From IMG/VR virus record IMGVR_UViG_3300034091_000306: a stretch of DNA of 64,000 nucleotides; one strand, given 5' to 3'. Below, piece after piece: positions 9,645-19,054 of this stretch (positions within the stretch are counted from its first letter, which is position 1; the number at the start of each line of letters is the position of its first letter). The stretch comes from an uncultured virus (IMG/VR IMGVR_UViG_3300034091_000306) (taxonomy: Duplodnaviria; Heunggongvirae; Uroviricota; Caudoviricetes). The notes beneath the pieces were generated by a model. It was not told the DNA's origin. It saw only the letters and a program-made list of their open reading frames with translations, and did no database searches. The position numbers were made by a program, and so were the translations under genes.

Positions 9645-10397
9645 ATGGAAGAGAATCAGAATAAGAGTGTGGGATTTGGCGCCGGAGCGCCCTTACCGCC
9701 CATCTCGACGCCCACATTAGTGCCGGCTCAGATCATAACTGATCTTCAGCTGCTCACGTCCATCGGCGAATACATCAATAGTCTCAAAGCAGGCGTTCAG
9801 AATCTACCCGACAACGTAGCGGCATTGACATCGGCGCTCACTGGAAGCACTGATCCCGTTGTTACCGATGCGCTGACGAGCATCACAAATGCTTACAACG
9901 CGGTATTCGGCAACGCTACTTTGGGTACGCCTGATGTGATGGCGGGCAATCAGCACTACGCTGTTCAAGATCTAACGAATTTCGCCAATTCATCTGTGGC
10001 GAGCTTGAACATGAATCGTGTAGCGCTTAGCACGCTGCAGAATCAAGTTGCAATACTGCAAGGTCAGGTCACAGCGCAACAGGCAACGATCGTTCAGCTC
10101 GAAGCAGGATCAGGAACAGCCGGCGGCGGCGGAGGTGGTGGCGGTAGCATTCCTCCTGTTGGCGTTCCACCAAAGCCCCCAGCAAAGCCGGCAACGAACC
10201 CAAATCAAATGTCCACGACGACATTTTTGGTCGGCGTCGCATCGGTGCTCGCGATCGGCGGTGGCGTCTGGTGGGTGGCTAGAAATGCGAAGGCAAAGGC
10301 GAAGGAAGCGCATGCCGCGGGCGCGTTCAAGCCGAAGCCTGCAGCTATCGCCGCCGCTGCGAATCCGAAGCGCCTCACAGCAGGGAGTAAACGATGA
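9645..10397 (+). CDS. coiled-coil membrane protein
   Basis: heptad segment LSTLQNQVAILQGQVTAQQATIVQLE, TM FLVGVASVLAIGGGVWWV, basic tail ending ANPKRL. Confidence 0.7.
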   Translation: MEENQNKSVGFGAGAPLPPISTPTLVPAQIITDLQLLTSIGEYINSLKAGVQNLPDNVAALTSALTGSTDPVVTDALTSITNAYNAVFGNATLGTPDVMAGNQHYAVQDLTNFANSSVASLNMNRVALSTLQNQVAILQGQVTAQQATIVQLEAGSGTAGGGGGGGGSIPPVGVPPKPPAKPATNPNQMSTTTFLVGVASVLAIGGGVWWVARNAKAKAKEAHAAGAFKPKPAAIAAAANPKRLTAGSKR

Positions 10398-11227
10398 CTC
10401 CGTGGATCGTCAGAGCCTGGTATCGCGGTCCGATCGATCCCATCCGCGACATGACGATTGATACGATCGGCACCGGCGCGGGCCTGGAGAAGATCGAAGA
10501 CGAATACAGCCGCAACATTCGTGGACGCTGGACACGATCGTTCTGGTTCGTCGCGCCGTCTCGCGCGGTGGCCGAGGATACCGTTGCGAGTCTCTATCGC
10601 GCCGGCATCCGGAAGGCCGATGCGATCCCCGGACGGGATGCGCCCGAACACGAGATCGCGGATTGGGACTGGCGCCGTGGAGCGCCCATCGCGAACCCGC
10701 TCAATCTCAGCCTCGAGAACAAGAAGCGGCTGATGATCGGCGCAGGCGTCATCGGTTTCGCTGCCATCGGCTACGCGATCTACTCGGCGATGAAGGCTGC
10801 GCCTGTAAGTAGCGGCGGCGGCGGCGCGATCGTCACGACGACGCCTGTGACTGGCGGTGGCTCATCAAGCGGCGGTAGTTCAGGTGGCGGAACCACATCG
10901 GTGGGACCCGTCACATCGGTTGTCACAGTCACAGCCGCAGACGCCGGCAAGACATTCAGTATGAATGTCGGAGACACGTTGAACGTCGTGCTCCCCGTGA
11001 CCGCGACTGTTGCCGGATACGACGTGGACACATCTACGCCCTCGGGTCCCAACATCCTTGCTGGCAGCAGCGCCGCAAACGCCTCCGGACAAACAACGAT
11101 GTCCTATACGGCGACAGCGACGGGATCAGAGACACTGAGCTTCTATTCAACCGATCTGACCGGAAGCATCGATTACACGATTCCGGCCTATATTTACACC
11201 ATCAACGTCGGTCCTGCTGTTGCCTGA
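10394..11227 (+). CDS. modular NP-TM protein with C-terminal chagasin/I42-like Ig domain
   Basis: IANPL + TM + Gly/Ser linker + TVTAADAGKTFSMNVGDTLNVVLP. Confidence 0.65.
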   Translation: MTPWIVRAWYRGPIDPIRDMTIDTIGTGAGLEKIEDEYSRNIRGRWTRSFWFVAPSRAVAEDTVASLYRAGIRKADAIPGRDAPEHEIADWDWRRGAPIANPLNLSLENKKRLMIGAGVIGFAAIGYAIYSAMKAAPVSSGGGGAIVTTTPVTGGGSSSGGSSGGGTTSVGPVTSVVTVTAADAGKTFSMNVGDTLNVVLPVTATVAGYDVDTSTPSGPNILAGSSAANASGQTTMSYTATATGSETLSFYSTDLTGSIDYTIPAYIYTINVGPAVA

Positions 11228-11237
11228 GGAAATCACC

Positions 11238-11870
11238 ATGCGCGCAGTTCTTGTTCCGGTAAAAGGACTACCACAAATAGTGAATATCGACGGATCCCTC
11301 CGATCTCTTCAGAAGCTGGTTGGCGGCTCCATAGAGCCTGTGGTGTGGAGAAAGGGATACATGGCGTGGGCCAATGAAGAAGGATTGATTCACGGTCTTC
11401 CGTACAACGACGGTCCGGTCGTCATCACGAGAAAATCGCAGGCACATTCGGGGTTGTCGGATCGCGACATCGATTACGTCATGATGGAGCTAGGAACTCC
11501 GATGGCATTTGGTACCGAAAAGGTCATCGTTCATCACGGTTCGAAATTGGGCGCATCGCTACCAGACGTGCCGGATGACGGGAATGTACACATCATCGGC
11601 GGGACGGCATTCGTGAATCGTCCGCCGCCTGGCGAACTTTCGCCATCCGCACTCCGTGCAAAGCCAAAGGCCGAACAGATCATCAACATCAACATCGAAG
11701 GCAAGCGCACACCCGTCCGTATAATCATTCGCCCTGACGGTGTCTATGCAGCCGGCGTCCAGAAGAAAGTCGGACGTACGTGGGTGAACATCATCGGCAC
11801 GGGCAATACACGTGAAGCAGCGCTCCATCAAATGCTCGCTCAATATGCAATCAGATTCGAGAGTCGGTAA
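11238..11870 (+). CDS. DUF3846-like domain protein
   Basis: SLRSLQKLVGGSIEPV...WANEEGLIHGLPYN. Confidence 0.65.
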   Translation: MRAVLVPVKGLPQIVNIDGSLRSLQKLVGGSIEPVVWRKGYMAWANEEGLIHGLPYNDGPVVITRKSQAHSGLSDRDIDYVMMELGTPMAFGTEKVIVHHGSKLGASLPDVPDDGNVHIIGGTAFVNRPPPGELSPSALRAKPKAEQIININIEGKRTPVRIIIRPDGVYAAGVQKKVGRTWVNIIGTGNTREAALHQMLAQYAIRFESR

Positions 11871-11885
11871 CTTAGGAGAACGATC

Positions 11886-12287
11886 ATGTATTACGAAGAA
11901 GAAGAGAATCCGCTGAGCAGGAACGCCAAGATCGGCATCGGTGTCGCTGTCGCTGCTGCTGTTGGACTAGCCGTCTACTTCGTCAGTAGACCTGCAGCAG
12001 CATCTCCAAACTCTTCGCAGCCAGGAGCATCCGCACCGACGACCTACATTTTGTCCGCGTCGACGCCGACACTGTCGATCGTCGATACAACCGGCATCGT
12101 CTTGCAGCTTCCGCCTGGCGCCACGTGGGCTGCAGGTTCGGTAGCCAATGCATTAGTCGGCACGAACACACCGATCACTCTTCCGGTGATGCCGCCGGGT
12201 ACTTCAGCGCAAACGGTACCGGTGTATTGGACCGATGTGAGCGGAAAGCCGCAGACGACGACCATCACGTTCTCGGTTGGTACATAA
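11886..12287 (+). CDS. NP-TM protein with small beta-rich C-terminal domain
   Basis: EEENPLS + TM + LPPGATW...VYWTDVSGKPQTTTITFSV. Confidence 0.75.
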   Translation: MYYEEEENPLSRNAKIGIGVAVAAAVGLAVYFVSRPAAASPNSSQPGASAPTTYILSASTPTLSIVDTTGIVLQLPPGATWAAGSVANALVGTNTPITLPVMPPGTSAQTVPVYWTDVSGKPQTTTITFSVGT

Positions 12288-12298
12288 AAGGAAATACG

Positions 12299-14392
12299 AT
12301 GAGCTCCGAATTTCAGCCCTCGGCCGCAAGTGCGCAAGGCATCGGCTCGACGATCATCCAGCAGACGTACCCCGACGGATCGAAGGGACTCGCCTTCTCC
12401 CTCGAACAGGTCGGCGCGCGCATGGTCAAAGGAAGATTGGACCCCCGCGTCCGATCGTGGGCGATTCGGACTTTGAAGGAAGCCGGCGATCCGCAGGGCA
12501 CCGTCAACAGGACACAAGCTTTGCTCGATGGTCTGCGGAAGGCGGCGATCTACGTCAACGATCCCGTGAATTCGGAATACATGCAGGCGGCACACGAGAC
12601 GCTGTGTTTGGACGACAAGGGATTTTGCTTCAAGGGAGGCGATTGCTTTCTCGACACCGAGATCGTCATACGTAAGACATCGATCGGAGGAACGGAGCGC
12701 GTCGCTATCAAGGACGTGAAGATCGGAGATCTCGTCTGGGGATGGAATACATGGACCGTCGTGGAAGCCGTTGCTGCGAAGGGAGAGCTATCTTTCAGTG
12801 GAATGCTCCTGGAAGGCCGCAGCAATCCGCTCTATCTGACAAAGGACCATCATGTCTTCATCAGGGATGGCGTGACGCATCGCCGTATCACGGTGAAGGA
12901 GCTACGAGTCGGCGACGAGCTTCTCACCTCCGACGAGATTCAGTCGCTCTCTCCATTCCCTGAAATCATCGAACTGCAGCATGATGTGAAGAAGGCGCAA
13001 GCCTTCGATATTCAAACGTCCGATCACTATGTCTATCTGTTAGACTACGACATCGTCGTCAGCCAATGCGACGACTTGAGCATAGCGCTAGGCTCCGCAA
13101 CCATGTCCGTAGGTATTCCTACCTACGTCGTCGCGCAGGCGTTCAACGGAGATTCTCTACCTTCTCACGTTCTCATCGGCGTCGAGGATCCGCAGTCAGG
13201 TCAGCGTTACCGCGTCGATCCCTCCACCAAGGAGAACGTCGGCTACTACAGCCACTTCACGAAGGAATGGTGGATCGATCCCATTTCGACAGCTCCGGTT
13301 TCATTGTCTGGAACTGGGAAGGTGGACGCAGACTTCGTTGGGGTCGGTCAACAAGCCTTTCAACAGGCGACCGCCGTTACCGCAGTCGCCTACAACGCGA
13401 CTGTTGCGCAGGTTCAGGCAGTCACCAAATCTCTCGCAGACGCACTCATCTCCGCAGAGTCAAAGCGCCAACTGATCGACCAAGTTTCTATCGCATTGCG
13501 GCCCGACGCACCATACGACGCGGAACCAACGACTCCGATCCAGAGCATTGCAGATTTTCCGATCGACGGGACATGGACCGCGAGCATGGCGCACGTCTCT
13601 GACGAAGTCATTGCAACGGGTCACGTCGTTCTTGCCGCTTTGAACGACGCGCTAAACGGTGCGCGTACCATCTATCTCGGCGCTAACGGTGTCGACGTCT
13701 ACATCGAAGCCAAATCGAGCGATAACACGTTCTATCAAATGGTTCTCGAGGGAGCGACCGACGGCATCCTAGGATTCATGAATCCTCTTGGAGTCATCCA
13801 AGGCGGAATAACGGTTCTCCTCGGCAAACTGCTTACGCCCGCACAAATAACTGCAGCGCAACAGGCACAAGTAGCCGGTCAACCGCCACCAGGCCTTAGC
13901 GGCGATGAAAAAAAGGGTCTGGGTCTCCCTCCCGCTGTCATCTTCGCCGGGCTGGTCACCATTGCGATTGTGACTGTCGCTGCCGCAATCGTAATCGTGA
14001 AGCTATGCACCACGCTGAACTATTATCTGGATTGGTGCACACAAAGACGACAGATCGAAGCAGCCATCGCGCTACTCAACTCCGGAAAGATCACGGTTGA
14101 TCAATACAACGCCATGACAAAGGCGGTCGCGGATCAACACGTCGCAGCGATCAACGCGCAGACCGAACAAGACAAGAACGATCCTTGGAAGGATCGCCTA
14201 GCGCAGATCGGCGACATCTTCATGTGGACCGCGATCGGCGGCGTCGCTATCGCCGGACTCATGGCGGCCGGTCCCTTCATCGCCGAAGCCGGCGCGGAAT
14301 TCCGTGCGAGGGGCGCAGCAAGACGCGCAGCCGCGCCTCCCGAACCCGCGCCCGAACACGAGCACCCTCATCTCGAACCCGAGCACGCCTAA
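12299..14392 (+). CDS. transglutaminase-like (Cys-His-Asp) protein containing a mini-intein, with C-terminal TM helices
   Basis: After intein removal GGD-CDDLSIAL...SHVLI...RVDPST gives the GDCDD / H / DP triad; two hydrophobic helices near the C-terminus. Confidence 0.8.
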   Translation: MSSEFQPSAASAQGIGSTIIQQTYPDGSKGLAFSLEQVGARMVKGRLDPRVRSWAIRTLKEAGDPQGTVNRTQALLDGLRKAAIYVNDPVNSEYMQAAHETLCLDDKGFCFKGGDCFLDTEIVIRKTSIGGTERVAIKDVKIGDLVWGWNTWTVVEAVAAKGELSFSGMLLEGRSNPLYLTKDHHVFIRDGVTHRRITVKELRVGDELLTSDEIQSLSPFPEIIELQHDVKKAQAFDIQTSDHYVYLLDYDIVVSQCDDLSIALGSATMSVGIPTYVVAQAFNGDSLPSHVLIGVEDPQSGQRYRVDPSTKENVGYYSHFTKEWWIDPISTAPVSLSGTGKVDADFVGVGQQAFQQATAVTAVAYNATVAQVQAVTKSLADALISAESKRQLIDQVSIALRPDAPYDAEPTTPIQSIADFPIDGTWTASMAHVSDEVIATGHVVLAALNDALNGARTIYLGANGVDVYIEAKSSDNTFYQMVLEGATDGILGFMNPLGVIQGGITVLLGKLLTPAQITAAQQAQVAGQPPPGLSGDEKKGLGLPPAVIFAGLVTIAIVTVAAAIVIVKLCTTLNYYLDWCTQRRQIEAAIALLNSGKITVDQYNAMTKAVADQHVAAINAQTEQDKNDPWKDRLAQIGDIFMWTAIGGVAIAGLMAAGPFIAEAGAEFRARGAARRAAAPPEPAPEHEHPHLEPEHA
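12644..13066 (+). mobile_element. mini-intein (Hint domain, 141 aa), C-terminal Gln
   Basis: starts CFLDTEIV; block B LTKDHHVF; block F AFDIQTSDHYVY; ends VVSQ before the +1 Cys. Confidence 0.85.
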
Positions 14393-14399
14393 GAACACA

Positions 14400-14426
14400 C
14401 CCCCAACTGTGGGTGCCCCGTCGGTC
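14400..14426 (-). repeat. dispersed motif, copy 3
   Basis: reverse complement GACCGACGGGGCACCCACAGTTGGGGG. Confidence 0.93.
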
Positions 14427-14459
14427 AGCGGGCACTACGCAGCGACCAAATCCAAAGCT

Positions 14460-14486
14460 GACCGACGGGGCGCCCACAGGGGTAGG
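14460..14486 (+). repeat. dispersed motif, copy 4
   Basis: GACCGACGGGGCGCCCACAGGGGTAGG. Confidence 0.9.
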
Positions 14487-14494
14487 TCGGCTAC

Positions 14495-14959
14495 ATGATC
14501 GTCGTCAAAGGCAGCAACGTGAAGTTCGAGTTGACGCGCCCTGCGGGCGCTCCCTCGGCGACGAAAAACCCGCACAAAATAGCGGGGAAAGTCATCTCTC
14601 TTCCCGCGGCCTACGGGATCATTCACGACCCGGAAGGCGAGCACTTCGACCGCTGCGAATGCTTCTTCGGACCCTACAAGTCAACGCAGCGCAAAGTCGA
14701 GATGACGTCCAAGGCGAAGGCCTACATGGGACCTTCCTATCCGGCAAGATTTGCCGTTGTTGACGTGCCTCGTGGACCGTGGAATTCTGTGGGTGAAGTG
14801 GCGCAGATCTTCTACAGGCGCCCTGGCCGCTACTCCGGAAAGTATTTCCATCCGTTCAAGGACGGGTACGCGCCGACACTCTCCAAGTGCGGACGCTTCT
14901 ATCGACTGAGTCTGCCGGGCGGCTGCATCGTCGACGATCGCGGTTTCGTCTTCCCGTAG
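14495..14959 (+). CDS. hypothetical protein
   Basis: 154 aa ORF in the structural operon; aromatic-rich, YFHPF. Confidence 0.65.
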   Translation: MIVVKGSNVKFELTRPAGAPSATKNPHKIAGKVISLPAAYGIIHDPEGEHFDRCECFFGPYKSTQRKVEMTSKAKAYMGPSYPARFAVVDVPRGPWNSVGEVAQIFYRRPGRYSGKYFHPFKDGYAPTLSKCGRFYRLSLPGGCIVDDRGFVFP

Positions 14960-15223
14960 TGCAGAGCGAAAACGTTCATGGCCGCTGAGAAATCGTATGT
15001 CGACATGATGAGAAAGTCGCGGCAAACGCAGCCGCGAGTGGCCGTTGGCGTTGTGCTTGATGCGCCCCGTCGCAAACGGACTCGGAAAATCTTGCCGGCC
15101 GTCAAGGCGACATCGAAACGAACAGGCACTAAATCTCGCTTGCAGAAAAGTCAAGACACCCATATCGTCTCTGTACCGGGGCGCACTTCCAAGCGCCAAC
15201 GCCACATCAAGAGGACTGCATCC

Positions 15224-16894
15224 ATGGCGAAGAAGAAGACCAAGCGCAACGCTCGCGGACATTTCGTCAAGTCGAATCCGCGCAAGCGCGCGAAGAAGCG
15301 TGCGGCTCCGAAGAAACGCTCGGCGAAGCGGCGCAGCTCTGGTCGCAAGACGAAGCGCGCACACGCTTCGGGGCGGAGCAAGGCGAAGCGTCGCGCGGCG
15401 ATGCGGAAGCCGGCTCCTCGCAAAATCTCGAAGCGCTTGAAGCGTGCCGCGACTGGCGAGTTCAAGGCGCGTCGTCGTCACAAGGTGCGGTCCTACGCAC
15501 GCAAGACGAAGTCGGGTCGCTCGGCCCACGTGAAGACGCACTACAGCTACGAGGAAGAAGCACCCAAACCGCGTCGTCGCCCTCGTCGGCGCGCACGCGC
15601 TCGCGAGGAGGTCGTTCAAGAGATGTACACCGCGAACCCGCGCCCCCGGCGCAAGGCAAAGAGGCGTCCGGCACGGAAGAACCCGCGGAAGCGTACGACG
15701 CATCGCAAGAAGGCGCGCCGCAATCCGACCCGGCGTTCGCGGAGCGCGTCGATTCCGGCGAAAACTCGCCGCCGCGTTCGTGGTCGAACGGTGACCCGTC
15801 CGGCGAGCGTTCGCATCACTCTCCTCGACAAGCGCGGCGGAACGCGCCGTTCGGCCAAGCGTCGATCGCCGAAGCGGCGCTCCTACAAGAAGAAGGGGCG
15901 CGGGAAGAAGCGCGCGAAGCGTACGCCTGAGCATCTCCGTCTCCCGCCGGCTTCGGCGATGATGGAGAACCCGCTCGGGTTCGGCTTCGAAGGCATGGAA
16001 GACTACGCGATGGAGAACCCGCTTTCGGGCGGGGAGCTCGCGCTGGCCTTCGTGACGGGCGGTCTCGGCATCGTCGCCGGCAGCATGCTCGATCGGTACA
16101 TCGCGACGTACGCCGGCATGGCGGCGACGGGCGGTCCTGGTCAGGCAGGTACGATGTCGAACGGCGCAGCCATCGCGGCGGCTCCCGGCATCTACCGTAT
16201 CCTCGCGCAGGCAGGGCTCGCGGCGGCGTTCATCCTTCCGGCGCACTTCGTCCATCAGCCAATGGGCCGTGCGGCTCTTCAGGGTGCTGGACTCGGCGTC
16301 GGCGTTCGTCTCGCGGGGCAGCTCCTCGAGTCGTACGTCATCCAGAAGTTCTTCGGGCTCAGCTCGGCCGGCGCCGTCACGGCGTTCGGTTCGCGGTTCT
16401 ACCCCGTCGAAATCGCGTCCACGACGCTCGCTGGGCAGTTGGCCGCTTCGCCGCCAACCGCGACTTCGGGTTCGCTTCCGACGGCTCTTACATCGCAGGG
16501 CCTTAGCGGATCGCGTCGCGCGCTCCCGTACGGGACGCGCCCGGTCGTTCAGCAGCAGGTTCAGCAGCAGCGCAATGGCGTTGCGGGCTGCGGCTTCAAT
16601 GGCAGCTGCAGCGGAAGCTGCGGTGGCGGGAACTGCGGTGGAAACACCGTAAGCGGCGGGGCTCCTGCCGCGAACGCGCTGGCGAATCTGTATCAGCAGG
16701 CCGTGAATCAGGCTCCTCCCGGCTGGATGCCGGAAGGCAATGGCCCGTGCGCATCCAACAACTGCGGTCCGCCTCCTCAGCAGCCCGTGCAGACACCGCC
16801 TCCCACGCCTCCCGCGTCCAACGTGGCGCCCCTGAGTGGCGTCAATGGTGTTGGTGTCGGCAGGATGCCGGTGTGGATCGGTAGGGACGACTGA
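15224..16894 (+). CDS. Arg/Lys-rich putative DNA-condensing core protein with membrane segments
   Basis: ~245 aa highly basic N-terminus with repeated NP (SNP, ANP, KNP, RNP, ENP x2), three hydrophobic segments, Cys/Gly/Pro tail; AAGAGGA RBS before ATG 15224 (ORF is open from 14978). Confidence 0.7.
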   Translation: MAKKKTKRNARGHFVKSNPRKRAKKRAAPKKRSAKRRSSGRKTKRAHASGRSKAKRRAAMRKPAPRKISKRLKRAATGEFKARRRHKVRSYARKTKSGRSAHVKTHYSYEEEAPKPRRRPRRRARAREEVVQEMYTANPRPRRKAKRRPARKNPRKRTTHRKKARRNPTRRSRSASIPAKTRRRVRGRTVTRPASVRITLLDKRGGTRRSAKRRSPKRRSYKKKGRGKKRAKRTPEHLRLPPASAMMENPLGFGFEGMEDYAMENPLSGGELALAFVTGGLGIVAGSMLDRYIATYAGMAATGGPGQAGTMSNGAAIAAAPGIYRILAQAGLAAAFILPAHFVHQPMGRAALQGAGLGVGVRLAGQLLESYVIQKFFGLSSAGAVTAFGSRFYPVEIASTTLAGQLAASPPTATSGSLPTALTSQGLSGSRRALPYGTRPVVQQQVQQQRNGVAGCGFNGSCSGSCGGGNCGGNTVSGGAPAANALANLYQQAVNQAPPGWMPEGNGPCASNNCGPPPQQPVQTPPPTPPASNVAPLSGVNGVGVGRMPVWIGRDD

Positions 16895-17025
16895 TTCGTG
16901 ACTCGTGAGTAGCGAGGAGCTTCTCTCCCTCCTCGCCACTCAACACTCTCTCTCTTCAACCAGAAAATTCGAAACGCAGTCAAATAGGTGACGGGCCGAG
17001 GCCCGGCGCCTGAAGGAAAAACAAA

Positions 17026-18321
17026 ATGTCGAAGAACAGCGCCGTGAAAATGTCTCCGCCCATCTCGCGTCACATCGGTCTCGGCCTGGAGCCGGACAAG
17101 ATGAAGGGCCTCGGGCAGCAGCCCCTCGAAATCCTGCAGTGCGGGATGAATCTGCTGCCGCAACTCGAGTGGACGACCATGACGGTCGAACTTCCAATCA
17201 CACAGGCGCAGATCGCGTCGACCTTCGGGCCGACGGTTCCGCTCGTGGGCGTCGGCGCGAACCCGCCCGGCGTCGCGTCGGTCGACAGCACGTTCCTACA
17301 GAACAGCTCGACGCTCCAGTGCGACATGCTCTGCATGGCGTACGGCGTTCAGCTCCTCGCGGAGCCGATCTCCTTCGCGCAGGTCGGTGTCGCAGTTCCC
17401 GCGACGGCGACGACGCCTGTGTGGTCGGCGGATGCGTTCACGCAGCTCGATCTCGTCAACGGCGCCCTCGGGCCGCTCAGCACCGAGTGTCAGCCGGCGA
17501 TCTTCCAGTACGGCCGCTCGGCGCAGCTTGCGATGTGGGAGCTGGCGCAGGCCTACAAGTTCGTGTGGACCATGTATCAGCGTCAGATCGCCGTCGAAGA
17601 GATGGTGCGTGACGTTGCCTACTTCGGTTCGCTCTCGCAGGTCTTTGGTGCGTCGGACAGCGATCAGGAGATCCAGACCTACGCGAAGAAGGCCAACGCA
17701 AACTACCGCCAGCTCGGCTCGCCGACGGTCTTCCAGCCGGCGTATTCGCGCCGTGTTGGGCAGGTTCAGACGGCGAACACCGTCACCCCCGGGAGCCCCA
17801 CCGCCCTCTTTCATGCGACGAACGACTTCACGCTCGCTGCGACTACGATCGGCGGCATCGCCGTCCAGAACACGGGCCCCGGCAACGGGCAGCGTCGGCG
17901 TCTCGCGAAGCCGCTTCTCCTCGAAGCCGGCATCAACATCGGCCTGAACCTGGAAGTGGTCGACGAGCCGCACTACCAGGCCTTCGCGCAGTACCTCGAC
18001 ATCTCGGAAGGCGTCGGCGGTCTGACGGCCATCGTGTCCTTCGACACCCAGATGAACGGTCTTTCTACCGGCACCGGCAACGCGAACACCGGTATGGAGC
18101 AGTCGTCCGACGCGGTGGCGGTCTACTCGACGCAGCAGGTCAACACCAACCGAACGATTTTCAAGGCCGGCAGCTGCTCGATCGGCGTCCAGCTCTACGG
18201 CTGGGAGCTCTGGGGCTGCTGGAAGGAATGGGCCTGCAACAACTGGCAGGGGTGCATCACCGTTCCGGGAACGGCCCCGCGCAGCGATCAGACGGCGATG
18301 TCTGGCCTTCCCCGTCGCTGA
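17026..18321 (+). CDS. candidate major capsid/structural protein
   Basis: 431 aa, no TM, beta-rich, strong C/G-ending codon bias, GAAGGA RBS, flanked by hairpins; the fold cannot be confirmed by eye. Confidence 0.45.
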   Translation: MSKNSAVKMSPPISRHIGLGLEPDKMKGLGQQPLEILQCGMNLLPQLEWTTMTVELPITQAQIASTFGPTVPLVGVGANPPGVASVDSTFLQNSSTLQCDMLCMAYGVQLLAEPISFAQVGVAVPATATTPVWSADAFTQLDLVNGALGPLSTECQPAIFQYGRSAQLAMWELAQAYKFVWTMYQRQIAVEEMVRDVAYFGSLSQVFGASDSDQEIQTYAKKANANYRQLGSPTVFQPAYSRRVGQVQTANTVTPGSPTALFHATNDFTLAATTIGGIAVQNTGPGNGQRRRLAKPLLLEAGINIGLNLEVVDEPHYQAFAQYLDISEGVGGLTAIVSFDTQMNGLSTGTGNANTGMEQSSDAVAVYSTQQVNTNRTIFKAGSCSIGVQLYGWELWGCWKEWACNNWQGCITVPGTAPRSDQTAMSGLPRR

Positions 18322-18338
18322 GAGCTTCGCTAGATGAT

Positions 18339-18378
18339 GAGTGCCCGCTGTCACACGAGAGTGGGATAGCGGGCATTC
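18339..18378 (+). terminator. stem-loop after candidate capsid gene
   Basis: GAGTGCCCGCTGTC / GATAGCGGGCATTC 14-bp stem with two G-U pairs; weak U tract. Confidence 0.5.
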
Positions 18379-18402
18379 TCACTAGAATCCCAAGGAGATG
18401 AA

Positions 18403-19014
18403 ATGGAGCCGTCCGTAAAGCCCGTCAGCCTGCAAGACCTCGCGATCTACGATCCGATCGCGGCTCTTGGGATCATTCTCGGGATTCCTCGGCTCCCGAT
18501 CTCCATGAACTGCGTGGCGTCGTTCACCTCCTTCGATACCGGCCAGGCGCCGATCGAAGGAGACCTCGACACGACGATCGTGCAGACAACGTGGATCGAC
18601 AACGTCGCGTACTCGCTTCAGCAGCCGAACGTCTTCGCCGGCAACATCCTCAAGCCCAACTACGACGCTTATTTGAAGGAGCAGCCGGGCATCTCGGTGC
18701 AACTCCAAGTTCAAAGCGGTCCCCGCTACGTCGAGAGCGTGAGCGTTACGCCGCTCGAGAACATGAGCAATCTGTTCGCGATGCGCTGGATGATGGGCTG
18801 GAAGCTCTACAAGTTCCAGAGCATCAAGGCGTTCTTCTCGCTCATGCAGGCTCCGCCGTCTACGAGCCCGAACGGGCCGCCGTACAACGTCACCCTGACG
18901 TTCAACGCTTGGCAGTTTCTGGATCACACGCTCGAGGAGCGCGGTGTCGAAGACGCGGCACGTCGCCTGCGAGCCATGGGCTTCTTCGTCCCCGAATTCA
19001 GCATCGATGACTGA
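18403..19014 (+). CDS. putative structural protein
   Basis: 203 aa, AAGGAG RBS, beta-rich. Confidence 0.6.
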   Translation: MEPSVKPVSLQDLAIYDPIAALGIILGIPRLPISMNCVASFTSFDTGQAPIEGDLDTTIVQTTWIDNVAYSLQQPNVFAGNILKPNYDAYLKEQPGISVQLQVQSGPRYVESVSVTPLENMSNLFAMRWMMGWKLYKFQSIKAFFSLMQAPPSTSPNGPPYNVTLTFNAWQFLDHTLEERGVEDAARRLRAMGFFVPEFSIDD

Positions 19015-19054
19015 TAGGTGAGTAACTACGCGCAATAGGAGGCGCGAAGCCCAA

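Noticed and set aside
14978..15223. Upstream start for the basic core protein
   Set aside because: Better RBS and codon usage from ATG 15224; the extension is possible but unsupported
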